Assembly: GCA_963733055.1 (NCBI GenBank)
Contig: CAVTBR010000003.1
Location: 256,001 to 320,000 of the forward strand
Direction: 5' to 3'
DNA: 64,000 bases
DNA from: Candidatus Bathyarchaeota archaeon
GTDB lineage: Archaea; Thermoproteota; Bathyarchaeia; 40CM-2-53-6
Below, one piece after another: positions 52,596 through 63,249 of this stretch. Below the pieces are notes generated by a model that was not told where the DNA came from, did not search any database, and saw nothing but the letters and a program-made list of their open reading frames with translations. The stretch's first letter is position 1; each line of letters opens with the position of its first letter. Position numbers and translations under genes: made by a program.

Positions 52596-53258
52596 CTAGG
52601 TCTTAGCGGCGTGTTTTCTGAGTGCCCATTCCGTAGCTTTGCTAATTGCCTCGCTAGAATTCCGCGCGACGACAAGGGGTGATTCCACCGTTTCGGATAG
52701 CCCTGGTGCGATCGGAATAACTTCAAACTTGTTACGAAAGCCTCCTCGTTCAAGTTCGCCTACAAAGTTTCGCAATTGCACCTCTGCTTCGTCCCCGGGT
52801 AGCAGTGGAATAACTAGGTTAGCGCCGAGTTCCTCTGAGTTTCGAAGTAGGTCCAGAGCGGTCTGAGTCTTGCCGAGGGATGTTGACTGAAAACCTGCTG
52901 ATCTCAGCGCGGCTGACAATACCAACGATGCTAATGCGCCTGCTTTGACACCTACCGGTCCGACGGTCACTTTCTCTCCGAATCTCCGCTGTGATTTCGC
53001 GAGCCAATCCTCTAAGACCTGGAGGCTGGCATTTACGGCGTTTTCGACTGCCGCGAGCTTTCCATGTTCATATTGACCGAGCTCGTGAAGGTCCACAACG
53101 ATATTCGTCGCTTCAATTACGGCGTCGAGTAATTCGCCGCTGGTATTTCCTCTGCCTAACGCCGCGTAAGTGTTCTGCCTCGCCTCGTCCGCTTTACCGG
53201 CCAGTAAAGCGCTTGTGAGTTGTTGAAGGCTCTGTTCTTTCTCGGTCAAGGTCACCAT
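52596..53258 (-). CDS. corrinoid-binding-protein-like (cap plus Rossmann) protein lacking the His ligand
   Basis: Helical cap (LTSALLAG...AL.RG...ELL) followed by VTVGPVG...LRSAGFQSTSLG. Confidence 0.5.
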   Translation of the reverse strand: MVTLTEKEQSLQQLTSALLAGKADEARQNTYAALGRGNTSGELLDAVIEATNIVVDLHELGQYEHGKLAAVENAVNASLQVLEDWLAKSQRRFGEKVTVGPVGVKAGALASLVLSAALRSAGFQSTSLGKTQTALDLLRNSEELGANLVIPLLPGDEAEVQLRNFVGELERGGFRNKFEVIPIAPGLSETVESPLVVARNSSEAISKATEWALRKHAAKT

Positions 53259-53317
53259 GCTCCTCCTCTCTCCGTGAGATTAGGACTTCGGTCCACCCCA
53301 CATCCTTAGGTGGTGAA

Positions 53318-54013
53318 CTACATTAGACGTGATTGAATTCCGAGGTCAGATATCGGGATGCGTTGTATCCCATCATCGACCGGCGAAACGCCGTAGATGA
53401 AACTCAATAACCTTGACACTGAAACGATCGGGACCTTGTCGACCATACGTTCTCTAAGATCACTCAAGGCTAGAATGACAGGCATGATCCTTCGCCTCTC
53501 CGTGTGATCAACCTTTAGGCGCTTAAGCAGGTCGGGCCGGCTAGCCAACGCAATCACCCGTTCTACTTGGGCCTTTGCCGCGTCCTGCATTTGTCCAGTC
53601 GACAGGCCCCTAAGCCAGTGTTTGCAATCCACAGCGAACGTTAGGGTATCGTTCCATGCGAGTATGTCTATCTCTCTCTTTCGGGTCTGAGATTTGAATA
53701 CGAAATGCTTCACCGTCCGAAAACCGTTCGCAGAAAACGTGTGCTGCGTGAAATCCTCGAATTCCTGCCAACCCAAGAATCGCGATATCCTCTTGGGGTC
53801 TCCCCCGTCGTGAATTAAACCTTCGGCAAGCATCATCCTCTGTTGCCGGTCCATTCTGAGGAGGCCGTCTGAGATCGAGACAAGCCCATGCTCTCGTAAG
53901 GCGTCGAGCTTCGCGGCTAGATTCATTTGTTGGGCAGATTCCAAGTCCTCAACATCTACGGCACGACTCTCAGCTGTAAGCTCAAGTAACTTGAGTTGCA
54001 GATTGGCAGGCAT
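53318..54013 (-). CDS. PD-(D/E)XK restriction-endonuclease-like (NERD/Mrr-like) protein
   Basis: WQEFE...NGF, EIDILA, VDCKHW. Confidence 0.8.
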   Translation of the reverse strand: MPANLQLKLLELTAESRAVDVEDLESAQQMNLAAKLDALREHGLVSISDGLLRMDRQQRMMLAEGLIHDGGDPKRISRFLGWQEFEDFTQHTFSANGFRTVKHFVFKSQTRKREIDILAWNDTLTFAVDCKHWLRGLSTGQMQDAAKAQVERVIALASRPDLLKRLKVDHTERRRIMPVILALSDLRERMVDKVPIVSVSRLLSFIYGVSPVDDGIQRIPISDLGIQSRLM

Positions 54014-54038
54014 GGTCGATCCTAGTCGGGCGAATAGT

Positions 54039-55178
54039 TCACAATATTACGAATGAGAGTGCAAGCATCACTAGAGCTAGAGCAAACAAAACCTTCCTTG
54101 AGTTGGAGAGCGGAGAAATATCATCCAATGGCTCGAGGCCTTCAAACGGCCGTCGACTGACAAACATGAACACTAAAAGCAGAACCGCGAACGGCCAATA
54201 GCCAGCAAGCAACAGGATCCCGAACGCGATGACAGCCGTGGCCTTATGTCCTTTGGGCCCGAGCGTCGCCCTTGTAATGTGTCCGCCATCCAATTGCCAG
54301 ACCGGAAGGAGGTTGAGGAAGGTTATCAGTGCACCAACCTCTGCAGCAAAAACAACCTGAGTCAACACGAGCACTTGGCCAGCAGGTACAGCGCGTAAAC
54401 CCGCCTGCGTCAGCAAGTCGAGAAGGAATGGTTCGTTAGGCCAAGAATTGTATTGTAACAGCTTAGCGCCGAGTAGCTGGGTCGCCTGTTGGCTGGTGAT
54501 TATTGGGGAGGTCATAATGGCTACGATCGCAACAAAGAGTATGACCACGAACCCCGTGACAGGCCCGCTGAAGCCCAAATCAAATAATTGATCACGATTC
54601 GTAGGCGGCCCACGAAGAGAAATCATTGCGCCAAAGGTCCCTATAGGTGGTGGTCCGGGGACGAAGTATGGGAGGGTGGCGTCCATCTTATGGTATCTGA
54701 CAGCGAGTACATGTCCGAATTCGTGAAGCCCAATTATTCCCAGAATCCCCGCCGCCAGAGCTACGGCCTGATCGGCGGCGCTAAAACCCGAAAACATGAC
54801 CGCTGCAAGCCGAGGATCTACACCGAATATATTCAAGTAACTCGCCACCGAAACACTAACCAATGTCGCTAGAAAGAGCAGCAAATTGATCTTTCTTCTC
54901 GGTTTGCCTAGGATTGGTTTCGGGAATACGGATACGACGAGCTTGTCAGACACCCGCCTCACCTTGGCCATGAGGCCGTGGTTGGCTAGGTCGTGTAATA
55001 GTTCACGGAACTTATCCTTCACCGGTTCATTGACAACAGCGAAAGTCGGGAGGCCATTCACGTCTACGTAAGCGTCCAAGACGGTGAAACGATATTCGAG
55101 CATATTACGGATAGAACCGAAATCGATCCCAAAGGGTGGCGCTGCCGGGGTGAAAGTTGGCGTAGGGTCGGCAGTCAC
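54039..55178 (-). CDS. site-2 protease (M50)
   Basis: HEFGH, LPYFVP, GTFGA, SGP, LNLLPVWQLDGGH; probable GTG start at 55178. Confidence 0.92.
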   Translation of the reverse strand: MTADPTPTFTPAAPPFGIDFGSIRNMLEYRFTVLDAYVDVNGLPTFAVVNEPVKDKFRELLHDLANHGLMAKVRRVSDKLVVSVFPKPILGKPRRKINLLLFLATLVSVSVASYLNIFGVDPRLAAVMFSGFSAADQAVALAAGILGIIGLHEFGHVLAVRYHKMDATLPYFVPGPPPIGTFGAMISLRGPPTNRDQLFDLGFSGPVTGFVVILFVAIVAIMTSPIITSQQATQLLGAKLLQYNSWPNEPFLLDLLTQAGLRAVPAGQVLVLTQVVFAAEVGALITFLNLLPVWQLDGGHITRATLGPKGHKATAVIAFGILLLAGYWPFAVLLLVFMFVSRRPFEGLEPLDDISPLSNSRKVLFALALVMLALSFVIL

Positions 55179-55284
55179 ACGGTTATCCTTCTGTTTTTCG
55201 GGGCTAACACGACGGAGCTGATTTAAACATATTCGGGTCAAGGTCAGTTTGAAGCGTAGGTAATATCAAATAGTCGTCGGCTGC

Positions 55285-55791
55285 ATGAAATCGGCGAGTA
55301 ACCCGTTGCTGATTCAGAGAAACTATACGCTTCGCGGTTTTGGCCCGGCCGACCTCGACGCGGTCATGAACATAAACAGAGTTTGCCTCCCGGAAAACTA
55401 CGCACCTTACTTCTTCCTCGACACGTTCAACACTCTCCCGGACGCGTTCATAGTCGCTCAGTCTCAAGCGGGGGTTGTTGGGTACATAATGTGCCGTCTC
55501 GAGCACGGGTTCTCGGATCTAAGGCACCTTCGCTTCGCCAGGAAGGGCCACATTGTTTCGGTAGCTGTCATGCCCGAGTATCGTAACATGGGGATGGGCT
55601 ACTCGCTCGTACAACAAGCACTTTCAGCCATGTCCTTGCGCCGCGTTGACGAGTGTTACCTTGAGGTGCGGATAGAGAACTATCCTGCGATCAACCTATA
55701 CAAGAAAATGGGCTTCGACGTTTCCCGAACCATCCCAAGGTACTACTTTGATGGGTCGGATGCCTACGTGATGTCGAAATCCTTCATCTAG
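55285..55791 (+). CDS. N-terminal protein acetyltransferase (Ard1/RimI family)
   Basis: LPENY, GYIMCR, GHIVSVAV..YR.MG.G, LEVR..N..AI.LY. Confidence 0.92.
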   Translation: MKSASNPLLIQRNYTLRGFGPADLDAVMNINRVCLPENYAPYFFLDTFNTLPDAFIVAQSQAGVVGYIMCRLEHGFSDLRHLRFARKGHIVSVAVMPEYRNMGMGYSLVQQALSAMSLRRVDECYLEVRIENYPAINLYKKMGFDVSRTIPRYYFDGSDAYVMSKSFI

Positions 55792-55798
55792 CCGAGCA

Positions 55799-57158
55799 CT
55801 ACCGTTCGACCGGTTCCGGATGAATGGTTACGATAGCGTTTTCGAATTTCTGCCTAACGCTCTCCTCAATTTTAGAGATTAACTCATGAACATCCGAGAT
55901 GGGCTCGTCCCCTCGGAATACGCAGTGGACATTTATGTGCAGCTTGCCTTCGCTTCGATAAGTTGCGATCGCGCTTATTTCCAGGACGTCGGGGTACCGT
56001 TTGATTACAGACTTCACGGTATCCGAGACGCAGTTTGTCCTCCACGAGTTGACCCTCTCCAATTTCGGGAAGCAATGGTTCCAAGTGGACCGTGACCTGT
56101 CGAACCCTTGGAATCGATTTTTCGATTCCCTGCTCGACGGATCGTGCGATCTCGTGCGCCTTATCTAATGGGAGAGAAGGGTCGACCTGAACATGCAATG
56201 TCACATAAATGCCGCCTTCAACGGAAGTAACCGAAAGGTTATGCACCCCCTTCGCCCCTTCGACCAGGTTCGTTGCGTTTCGAACCTGCAACTCTACAGG
56301 GAGGCCCCATTCAAGAGGTTCCACATGTATCATAACCGTAGCCTTTCCAAGTAACTTGGTGAGTCTTGCCTCAACCCTAGAGGCTATCGTATCCGCGTCA
56401 GTTACTTTGGCATCAGGGGAAATTGCGCAGACCGCGTCCACGTACGTCTGTTCCCCCACACGCCGAACTCGCAAAGATTTGCATTTCAACACGTCGTCGG
56501 TGCTCCTAATTTCGCGCAGTACCGACTGGACAAGTTTTCCTGATACAGCGTCACTTAGGTCGAGCATCGAGCCGTAAATTAGTTTCACGCTGAGATAGCC
56601 TAGGAGGCCCGCGAGAACGAACGATATGGCCGTGTCCCCAACAGTATAGCCAAGGCTCGTCAGCCCTAATGCGACAAAAACCAGAGAGGTCGAAAAGAAG
56701 TCAGAGGCTGCGTGGTACAGGTCAGCCTTAACGGAAAGACTTCCCGTCTTCAAAGCCGCGGTGAGGATGACCATCCGAATGATTTCGATACTCATTGTGT
56801 ATGAAGCGGCAGCATAACCCAGCAGGCCCGGTTGCGCGTGGTTTCCAATGTTGAGGCGTAACAGGGCGAGAGCGGTAATTCCGACTGCGAATAGTAGGAG
56901 TATGATGCCGCCGATTAGTGCTCCTAAAGATTCGATCTTACCATGCCCGTAGGTATGGTCTTCATCTGCGGGTTTGAGGGAGAGGCTTGTCGCGACAAAC
57001 AGTATCAGTGTTGAGATTGCATCGAACAATGCGTGTCCGGCGTCGCTTAATAGCGACAGGCTTCCCGTTATGATTCCAGCTAGCCCCTCCACGATGATAA
57101 CCGAGGCGATGGCGAGGAGTGAGAGCTGTAGGGCTCGAGTCTTACTGATTCTTAGCAT
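55799..57158 (-). CDS. cation diffusion facilitator with three C-terminal dimerisation domains (+1 frameshift at 56032)
   Basis: SDAGHALFD, HTYGHGKIE, HAASD; IHVEP, VHLEP and IHPEP domain ends. Confidence 0.88.
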
Positions 57159-57274
57159 CGCCTGACGCGGTCACCCCGATAATAGCCGTTTATGGGTTTA
57201 TCGGAAAGAGCTAGCGTAATCCTGCAACCATCCCGGTTCTCTAATAATGGGATCGCCATGAACTTAACAAAATT

Positions 57275-57859
57275 CTAAGTTGACATTGCGGGGTCGCCTT
57301 CCGGAAGTACGTCGACAGCCCAGTCGGAGCGTTTCCATTCCGGAACTGGAGTCTTACAGCCCTTCTTGGGAATGAATTTCGATCGCTCTATCAGTTTGTA
57401 TTGGTGGATGTAGCGTGGACAGTTCGGGAAGACATGGGTTGCGCGAACTCTCACGATAAACTGCGCTTCAGGGTAGTCAGCCATCAACGGGTCCTGTATG
57501 CTGATAGTGGCGTTTCCGTTCACTCTGAGTCTATTTCCCTCTTCGAGGTCGATGAATAGGAGACCCACGTGTGGGTTTCTGAGTACGTTACCCATCGAGA
57601 GGTACATGCCGTTTCCGTCGTAGTTGGGGAAGGCGAGGGTATGTTCGTCTACTACCCGCACGAACCCCGGAGCCCCTCCCTTATACGAGCAGCTAGGGTG
57701 TCCCAACTCATCTGACGTTGCGAGAAAGAACATGTCTCTCGTTTCGATAAGTCCTCTGTAATCGGTCAACTTGTCACTGACTAGAACTTCCTCAATCCTA
57801 TCCGCCATTCGCCTAGTATCAAACTGATCCTGAAGTCTCCGACTTCCTTCATGGTACAA
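57275..57859 (-). CDS. pyridoxamine 5'-phosphate oxidase-like FMN-binding protein
   Basis: FFLAT, SYKGG.PGFV, GNG...SMGN, RLRVNG, NCPRYI. Confidence 0.88.
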   Translation of the reverse strand: MYHEGSRRLQDQFDTRRMADRIEEVLVSDKLTDYRGLIETRDMFFLATSDELGHPSCSYKGGAPGFVRVVDEHTLAFPNYDGNGMYLSMGNVLRNPHVGLLFIDLEEGNRLRVNGNATISIQDPLMADYPEAQFIVRVRATHVFPNCPRYIHQYKLIERSKFIPKKGCKTPVPEWKRSDWAVDVLPEGDPAMST

Positions 57860-57929
57860 GTGGATAACCGACTGAATTTACGCTCATGAACACTTAAGTT
57901 GATTCGGCGGAGCGCACACTCTCAGGGAT

Positions 57930-58574
57930 TTATTTGACTCTGTAACTAATCGCTAATCCATCCCCGAGTGGGATAATTAGGCTCGATAGTCGAGGGTCGT
58001 TGAAGATCCGTTTCGTGTACTCAATTATTCCTTCGGCACCTTCCCTCTGCACCCCTCGTAGGAAGGTTGCGCCGCCCCAGAGCAGATTATCAGCTAGAAT
58101 GATGCTGCCAGGCGAAGTTAACTTGATTGCATATTTCAAGTACTGCGGATACTCGTCCTTGTCAGCGTCGATGAAAACTACATCGTATGGCCCTTTCAGT
58201 TTCCGCAGTATTTCCAGGGCGGCGCCATGATGAACTTTTATCCGACGCTGCAGCCCGGTTTTTTGGATGGCCTCCTGCAATTCGCTGGCGACTTGACGGT
58301 CGACCTCGATCGTCTCCAACTTTCCCCTCTGGCCCATGCCTTTCATGAACCATAATGCGCTGTACCCGACCCCTGAACCGATTTCCAAGATTCGCCGAGG
58401 GGATTTGATTCTGGCGATGAGTTCTAGGAATCGGCCTCTAGTCGGGTCAATTGGGACCACGCCGAGTTCGTTGAGTTCATTAGACTTGTTCCAAACCCAG
58501 ACCTGTAGTTTATCCCCGGAGCCAACCCAGCCGCCAACGTAATTCATGATATCCTCATAATCCAGCGCGATCAC
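57930..58574 (-). CDS. class I SAM-dependent O-methyltransferase
   Basis: ILEIGSGVGYS, FIDADK..Y, ADN.LW.G, GDG. Confidence 0.9.
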   Translation of the reverse strand: MIALDYEDIMNYVGGWVGSGDKLQVWVWNKSNELNELGVVPIDPTRGRFLELIARIKSPRRILEIGSGVGYSALWFMKGMGQRGKLETIEVDRQVASELQEAIQKTGLQRRIKVHHGAALEILRKLKGPYDVVFIDADKDEYPQYLKYAIKLTSPGSIILADNLLWGGATFLRGVQREGAEGIIEYTKRIFNDPRLSSLIIPLGDGLAISYRVK

Positions 58575-58593
58575 CTAACAACCGTCTCTGAAA

Positions 58594-59394
58594 CTACGTA
58601 GACCTTAGACTGACTGCTTTTCCATATTTCTCCGCCACGATCTCAACCATTATGCTCAGGGCTATCTCAGCAGGAGTCTTGGCGCCAATATCCAGGCCGA
58701 TAGGTGACTTGACTCTGGTAAGCAAATCAGGCGTTACGCCTTGCTCTTTGAGGCGCGAGAATGTAGTCGAGATCTTATTTCTGCTTCCGATCATGCCAAT
58801 GTAACCCGGAAGAACGGACTTGTTCAGGCATTCTCTCAAAACAGTCGCGTCAAATTCATGCCCGTGGGTAACGATGACGACGGAATCGATATCACGGAAG
58901 TTCAGGGCTCTGACGATTTGAGCATAATCACCCGTTTGAGTTTCATCCGCAAGCGGGAACCGCTTCTTATTGCTAAATTCTTCTCGATTGTCGGCGACTA
59001 ACACTTTGTAATCTAGTTGCTTTGCGAACTGCACCAGCGAGAGCGCGATGTGGCCTCCCCCAAACACAAACAACCTGGGAGTTCCTTCAATCATTTCGAG
59101 GAACACTTTCACTTTACCGCCGCAAAGCATCCCTAAGCCTTGAGCATTTCGTTCATCGAGGATGTATTCTACCAACTCCGTCTTCTTGCTCTGCATACAA
59201 CGCAACGCGTCCCCACGTACCTTTTCTTCAAGAAGGCCGCCCCCAACGGTTCCGCTAACTCTGCCATCGGGATAGACCAACATCCGAAATCCCATCTTCC
59301 CTGGACTCTGACTACCTCCTTCAACAACCGTTGCGAGAACAACCCTACTCCCTTCGCGCTTCACCTGCGCAATTTCTTCGAAGACGTCAACCAT
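58594..59394 (-). CDS. XdhC/CoxI molybdoenzyme maturation factor
   Basis: GTVGGG, CGG, FGGGH, YIGMIGS, PIGLDIGA.TPAEIA. Confidence 0.92.
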   Translation of the reverse strand: MVDVFEEIAQVKREGSRVVLATVVEGGSQSPGKMGFRMLVYPDGRVSGTVGGGLLEEKVRGDALRCMQSKKTELVEYILDERNAQGLGMLCGGKVKVFLEMIEGTPRLFVFGGGHIALSLVQFAKQLDYKVLVADNREEFSNKKRFPLADETQTGDYAQIVRALNFRDIDSVVIVTHGHEFDATVLRECLNKSVLPGYIGMIGSRNKISTTFSRLKEQGVTPDLLTRVKSPIGLDIGAKTPAEIALSIMVEIVAEKYGKAVSLRST

Positions 59395-59759
59395 CGCTAT
59401 TCCTCGAAGACGAATCCGACAGCATCGTTCTGTCCTAAGAAACTCCCGGCGGGGTCCCTGAAATCAATGGTGTGGCACAATTCGAACACGCACAGAACGA
59501 CGTTGTCTGTACGATAATGTTTTTGCGCAAATGCGAATTTCAGATCGATATCTCACAAGGATACTAAGAACTTTTCGCAACTGCTCTCCGACTGGGCGCT
59601 CTTACCACACCGCGGCCACGAAAGACGCAGTTATAAGTTCACGGGTAGCAATATTGTGGTTGAGTACAGCTCGTCAACCCCGCGTATATGTCGAATATAG
59701 TTTACGTCAGTTACCGTTATACAGTTGGTTGGGAGCAGCGGTTGTTTAAGTGATTTGTT

Positions 59760-61358
59760 GTGAGTGGAAGTCAAACTGAGGGACCGGCCTATGTTCGAAG
59801 AGCATCTGGCCTTGTTCGTGAGTTTAATGCGAGAGATTTCGCGTTCTTCAATCTCGCCGGAATGGGACTCTTCTTCTCACTCTTCTATTGGGTAGCTGCC
59901 ACACCGCTTATTGGCGGCAACTATATAGTCGGATTCTTACTTTTCGTTATCGCAACACTCGCTGTCACTTTAGTTTACTATTGCTTCATGGTCATAATGC
60001 CCAGGAGCGGCGGCGATTACGTGTTTGTCAGTAGAGCGCTGCACCCATCAATTGGCTTCATCGGCAACATGACCTACGGTATGTTCTGGCTGGCTTTCGT
60101 TGCAATCGGGACAACCACGATTACTTCGTTTGGACTTACCGCATTCTTCGGCTATACGGGAGTAGTTTACAATATCCCATTATTTGTCAACATTGCAATA
60201 GCCACGTTGTCTACGTTTTGGATTTTTGTCTTGGGCGTGATATGGATCCTTCTTGGAGTGGTGATTGCTGGCCAGTCCCTTCGGACTTATCTTAGAATTC
60301 AGCAGATCATTATCGTCATTGTCGTAGTTCTCTATGTCCTCGGGCTTGGGGCCCTGCTGGTCGCAACGCCTGAAGGCTTCAAGTCAGCATTTAACGGCTT
60401 TACGTCCCAATACACGGGTAATGCGACAGACCATTACACTGCCATAATCACTGCGGCTGCACACGATGGGTGGTCCATCCCTGATCAAGTCTCTCTTTGG
60501 GGTAGCGTTCTTCTACTCCCCGCATTCGGTGTGGTAGGCTTCTTCCAATGGAACGCAAACGTCGGGGGCGAGATACGCAGCCCTAAGAGAACAGCGCTAT
60601 ATGGTCTAGTACTTGGGTCCATGATTTTTCTCGGCCTATTGGCCGCGGCCTCACTTCTTCTCTACCGGGTGGCGGGATTCAATTTTCTGTCATCAATGGA
60701 TTACCTGCTGGGGAACGATCCAAGCAAGGTTCCATTACCGGCGCTGCCTTACGCTGGGATAATGATCGCGATGATCATGCCACCCTGGCTTGGGGCAATA
60801 TACAATCTAATGCCCGCTATTCAGTCGATTCTCTTTATCCCCAGTGCGTATCTCGTCTTTTCCAGAGGACTATTCGCTTATTCCTTCGACGGCGTATTGC
60901 CGAAATGGTTTGCAAATGTGAACAGCAAAACGAAAGGCCCGCTAAACGCCATTGTGACCGCCTGCATCATTTCAATAATCTTCTTCATCATTATCAGCCT
61001 CCCAGCGAGCGCAACCTACGCCTTCTCCTTCAGTTCAGTTTACATATGGTTGACTGCAATTTTGCCAACTTTCTTCGTGGCACTAGCCGCCCTACTACTG
61101 TTCAAACTGAAACCGCAGCTTCATGAGCTGTCGCCGATGAAGGGAATCAAACTAGCCATCCCAGCGATTGTCAGCATAATCTTCATTGCGATCATTGTTT
61201 ACCTTACCCTAACGAGTCCGATTTACGCAGCAAACTCACCCTTAGGGATATACACGGCCATTGGAGTTGTAGTCGCGATTACATTGGTCTACTTAGTGAG
61301 CAGGATACGAAGGGGTCGTCTCCTGGAACTGAGTTTCAAGGAAATACCGCCAGCGTAG
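59760..61358 (+). CDS. APC-family amino acid permease
   Basis: R.ASGLVR, MPRSGGDYVFVSR, GGEI, SR..FAYSFDG.LP, FKEIPP. Confidence 0.9.
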   Translation: MSGSQTEGPAYVRRASGLVREFNARDFAFFNLAGMGLFFSLFYWVAATPLIGGNYIVGFLLFVIATLAVTLVYYCFMVIMPRSGGDYVFVSRALHPSIGFIGNMTYGMFWLAFVAIGTTTITSFGLTAFFGYTGVVYNIPLFVNIAIATLSTFWIFVLGVIWILLGVVIAGQSLRTYLRIQQIIIVIVVVLYVLGLGALLVATPEGFKSAFNGFTSQYTGNATDHYTAIITAAAHDGWSIPDQVSLWGSVLLLPAFGVVGFFQWNANVGGEIRSPKRTALYGLVLGSMIFLGLLAAASLLLYRVAGFNFLSSMDYLLGNDPSKVPLPALPYAGIMIAMIMPPWLGAIYNLMPAIQSILFIPSAYLVFSRGLFAYSFDGVLPKWFANVNSKTKGPLNAIVTACIISIIFFIIISLPASATYAFSFSSVYIWLTAILPTFFVALAALLLFKLKPQLHELSPMKGIKLAIPAIVSIIFIAIIVYLTLTSPIYAANSPLGIYTAIGVVVAITLVYLVSRIRRGRLLELSFKEIPPA

Positions 61359-61364
61359 TCGCCT

Positions 61365-62321
61365 TTGACAAGAGTATTCTTCGCAACCGACGTCCACGGT
61401 TCTGAACGTGCGTTCAGAAAGTTCGTGAGCGCCGGTCCCTTCTACAAGGCAGGAATAGTGATTCTGGGAGGGGACATAACCGGCAAGATGATGACTCCAA
61501 TCGTTAAGACGAGCGAGCACACCTACGACGGTTACTACTATCAGAAAAAAGTTGAATTACATAACGATAGTGAACTTGAAAAGTTCGAGAAAGAAGTCAA
61601 GAATACTGGGTACTATCCATACCATTGTTCAGCAGACGAACTAGCAACGATTACGACAGACAAAGACAAAGCAGGCGCCATAATATTTCAGTTAATGAAA
61701 GAGCGACTTGAAGACTGGATTAGGCTCATTGAGGAGAAGCTCAAGGGCACCGGGGTTAAGATCTACATAACGGGAGGAAATGACGACCCCTACGAGGTTG
61801 AAAGTATCCTTCGTAAATCGGATTTTATTATCGACCCCGAAGGTGAAGTAATCAAGATCGATGAGAACAAGGAAATGATTAGCTCTGGCTTCAGCAACCC
61901 AACACCGTGGAAGACACCCAGGGAAGTCAGCGAGGAGAGGTTGAAGGAAGAAATTGAGAAGATGGTCTCCAAAGTTCAAGACATGAAGAACTGCATCTTC
62001 AACATTCACGTTCCACCTAAGGACTCCCAGTTAGACACATGCCCGCAACTGGATGATTCGGTGTATCCTCCGAAACCAATTCTGGACAAGGGAAGACCTG
62101 TGGAGTTTGGAGCCGGAAGCTCGTCAGTGCGTCTCGCTATAGAGAAACTCCAACCGCTCCTAGGCCTCCATGGTCACATTCATGAGAGCCGCGGCGCAAT
62201 AAAGATAGGAAGAACAGTTTGCATAAACCCAGGTAGCGAATACCAAGAAGGAATACTTCGCGGCGCAATAATTGACCTCAAGAAGGACAAGATTGACGAT
62301 TACCAGCTGACGTCAGGCTGA
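61365..62321 (+). CDS. calcineurin-like metallophosphoesterase
   Basis: TDVHG, GGD, GNDD, HVPP, HGHIHE, NPGS. Confidence 0.9.
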   Translation: MTRVFFATDVHGSERAFRKFVSAGPFYKAGIVILGGDITGKMMTPIVKTSEHTYDGYYYQKKVELHNDSELEKFEKEVKNTGYYPYHCSADELATITTDKDKAGAIIFQLMKERLEDWIRLIEEKLKGTGVKIYITGGNDDPYEVESILRKSDFIIDPEGEVIKIDENKEMISSGFSNPTPWKTPREVSEERLKEEIEKMVSKVQDMKNCIFNIHVPPKDSQLDTCPQLDDSVYPPKPILDKGRPVEFGAGSSSVRLAIEKLQPLLGLHGHIHESRGAIKIGRTVCINPGSEYQEGILRGAIIDLKKDKIDDYQLTSG

Positions 62322-62385
62322 CCGCAACTTCGCCCAAAACAGAATATGTCCTTCGGTCCACATGGCGACTTAGCGTCGATGTGGA

Positions 62386-63171
62386 TCAGCGAGTTACTTC
62401 TTCAACATCCCTGTACCATTTGCTCTTTGAGCCCACTTTCGCTCTCATTTTCCAGGAGAATGATTTCGGTTCGTCTTCTATCCGTTTCAACAATTCTCCT
62501 ATCTTCAGGGTTATATCGTTGCGGTCTTCGTGCCTTAACTCGTTATACTTTGCGAGCCGGGTCTGAACTTTTCCCAGGTTCGTCGTCACGGTGTAGTAAA
62601 AGCCCCAATCTGATGCAAGCAGTTTAGCTATGTGTCCAGCGTCGACTGTTTCCGGCGTATTACCGTCCTTACCAATCGCATGTTCTCGAAGGAGCATCAT
62701 TGTGTCGATGTAATCTTTCTCGTTGACTTGCACGATCTGCAGCTTCTCAAGCAGCATGTCTGCGAGTGAGATAGTTAGCTCATCAAGAGCTAGGCGATCC
62801 TTGAAGGGAATATCGTGGTTCATCTCTAACTTGTCTAGAAAAATATCGATGTGGATCCCGTTTGACTTATTGTCCCAAATCAAACGCTTGTGGCCGAAGA
62901 GCGCAGTGACTGAGGGTTCATCCTCATACCCAAATTCCTTCATCATCGACGCCATCGCGTCTTTCTCTTTGCTGTACCCCGCAAAGTCGATGTCAGTTAG
63001 AACTCTATCCAATTTGGTGCTAAAGTAGCTGAACTTCGGGCAGTGAATTTGGAATGCTATTGCACCAAGAAGACGAATGTGTACCTCACGTTTCTTTGCT
63101 TCTTCGACTAACCGGGTTCCTTCGCCCATCATAAGCGCTAGCCGTTGCCGATCGGATACTGTGCCTGCCAT
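62386..63171 (-). CDS. uncharacterised nucleotidyltransferase-fold protein
   Basis: LLGAIAFQIHC...TDIDF...IDIFLD, LLEKLQIV..NEKD..D; paralogue of 13294-14070. Confidence 0.7.
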   Translation of the reverse strand: MAGTVSDRQRLALMMGEGTRLVEEAKKREVHIRLLGAIAFQIHCPKFSYFSTKLDRVLTDIDFAGYSKEKDAMASMMKEFGYEDEPSVTALFGHKRLIWDNKSNGIHIDIFLDKLEMNHDIPFKDRLALDELTISLADMLLEKLQIVQVNEKDYIDTMMLLREHAIGKDGNTPETVDAGHIAKLLASDWGFYYTVTTNLGKVQTRLAKYNELRHEDRNDITLKIGELLKRIEDEPKSFSWKMRAKVGSKSKWYRDVEEVTR

Positions 63172-63249
63172 GTAGCCAGACTCACAACACTATTGCACTC
63201 TCAATTTGCCAGTTCTTTATAGCTTTGACCGGTCGTTACCGGGAAACTC

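Noticed and set aside
53318-54013. Defence island around the nuclease-like gene
   Set aside because: Neighbours are housekeeping-type genes; no methylase or other defence genes are adjacent
59397-59749. Short ORFs between xdhC and the APC permease
   Set aside because: A roughly 50-codon minus frame ends just before xdhC but lacks a clear start or recognisable motif
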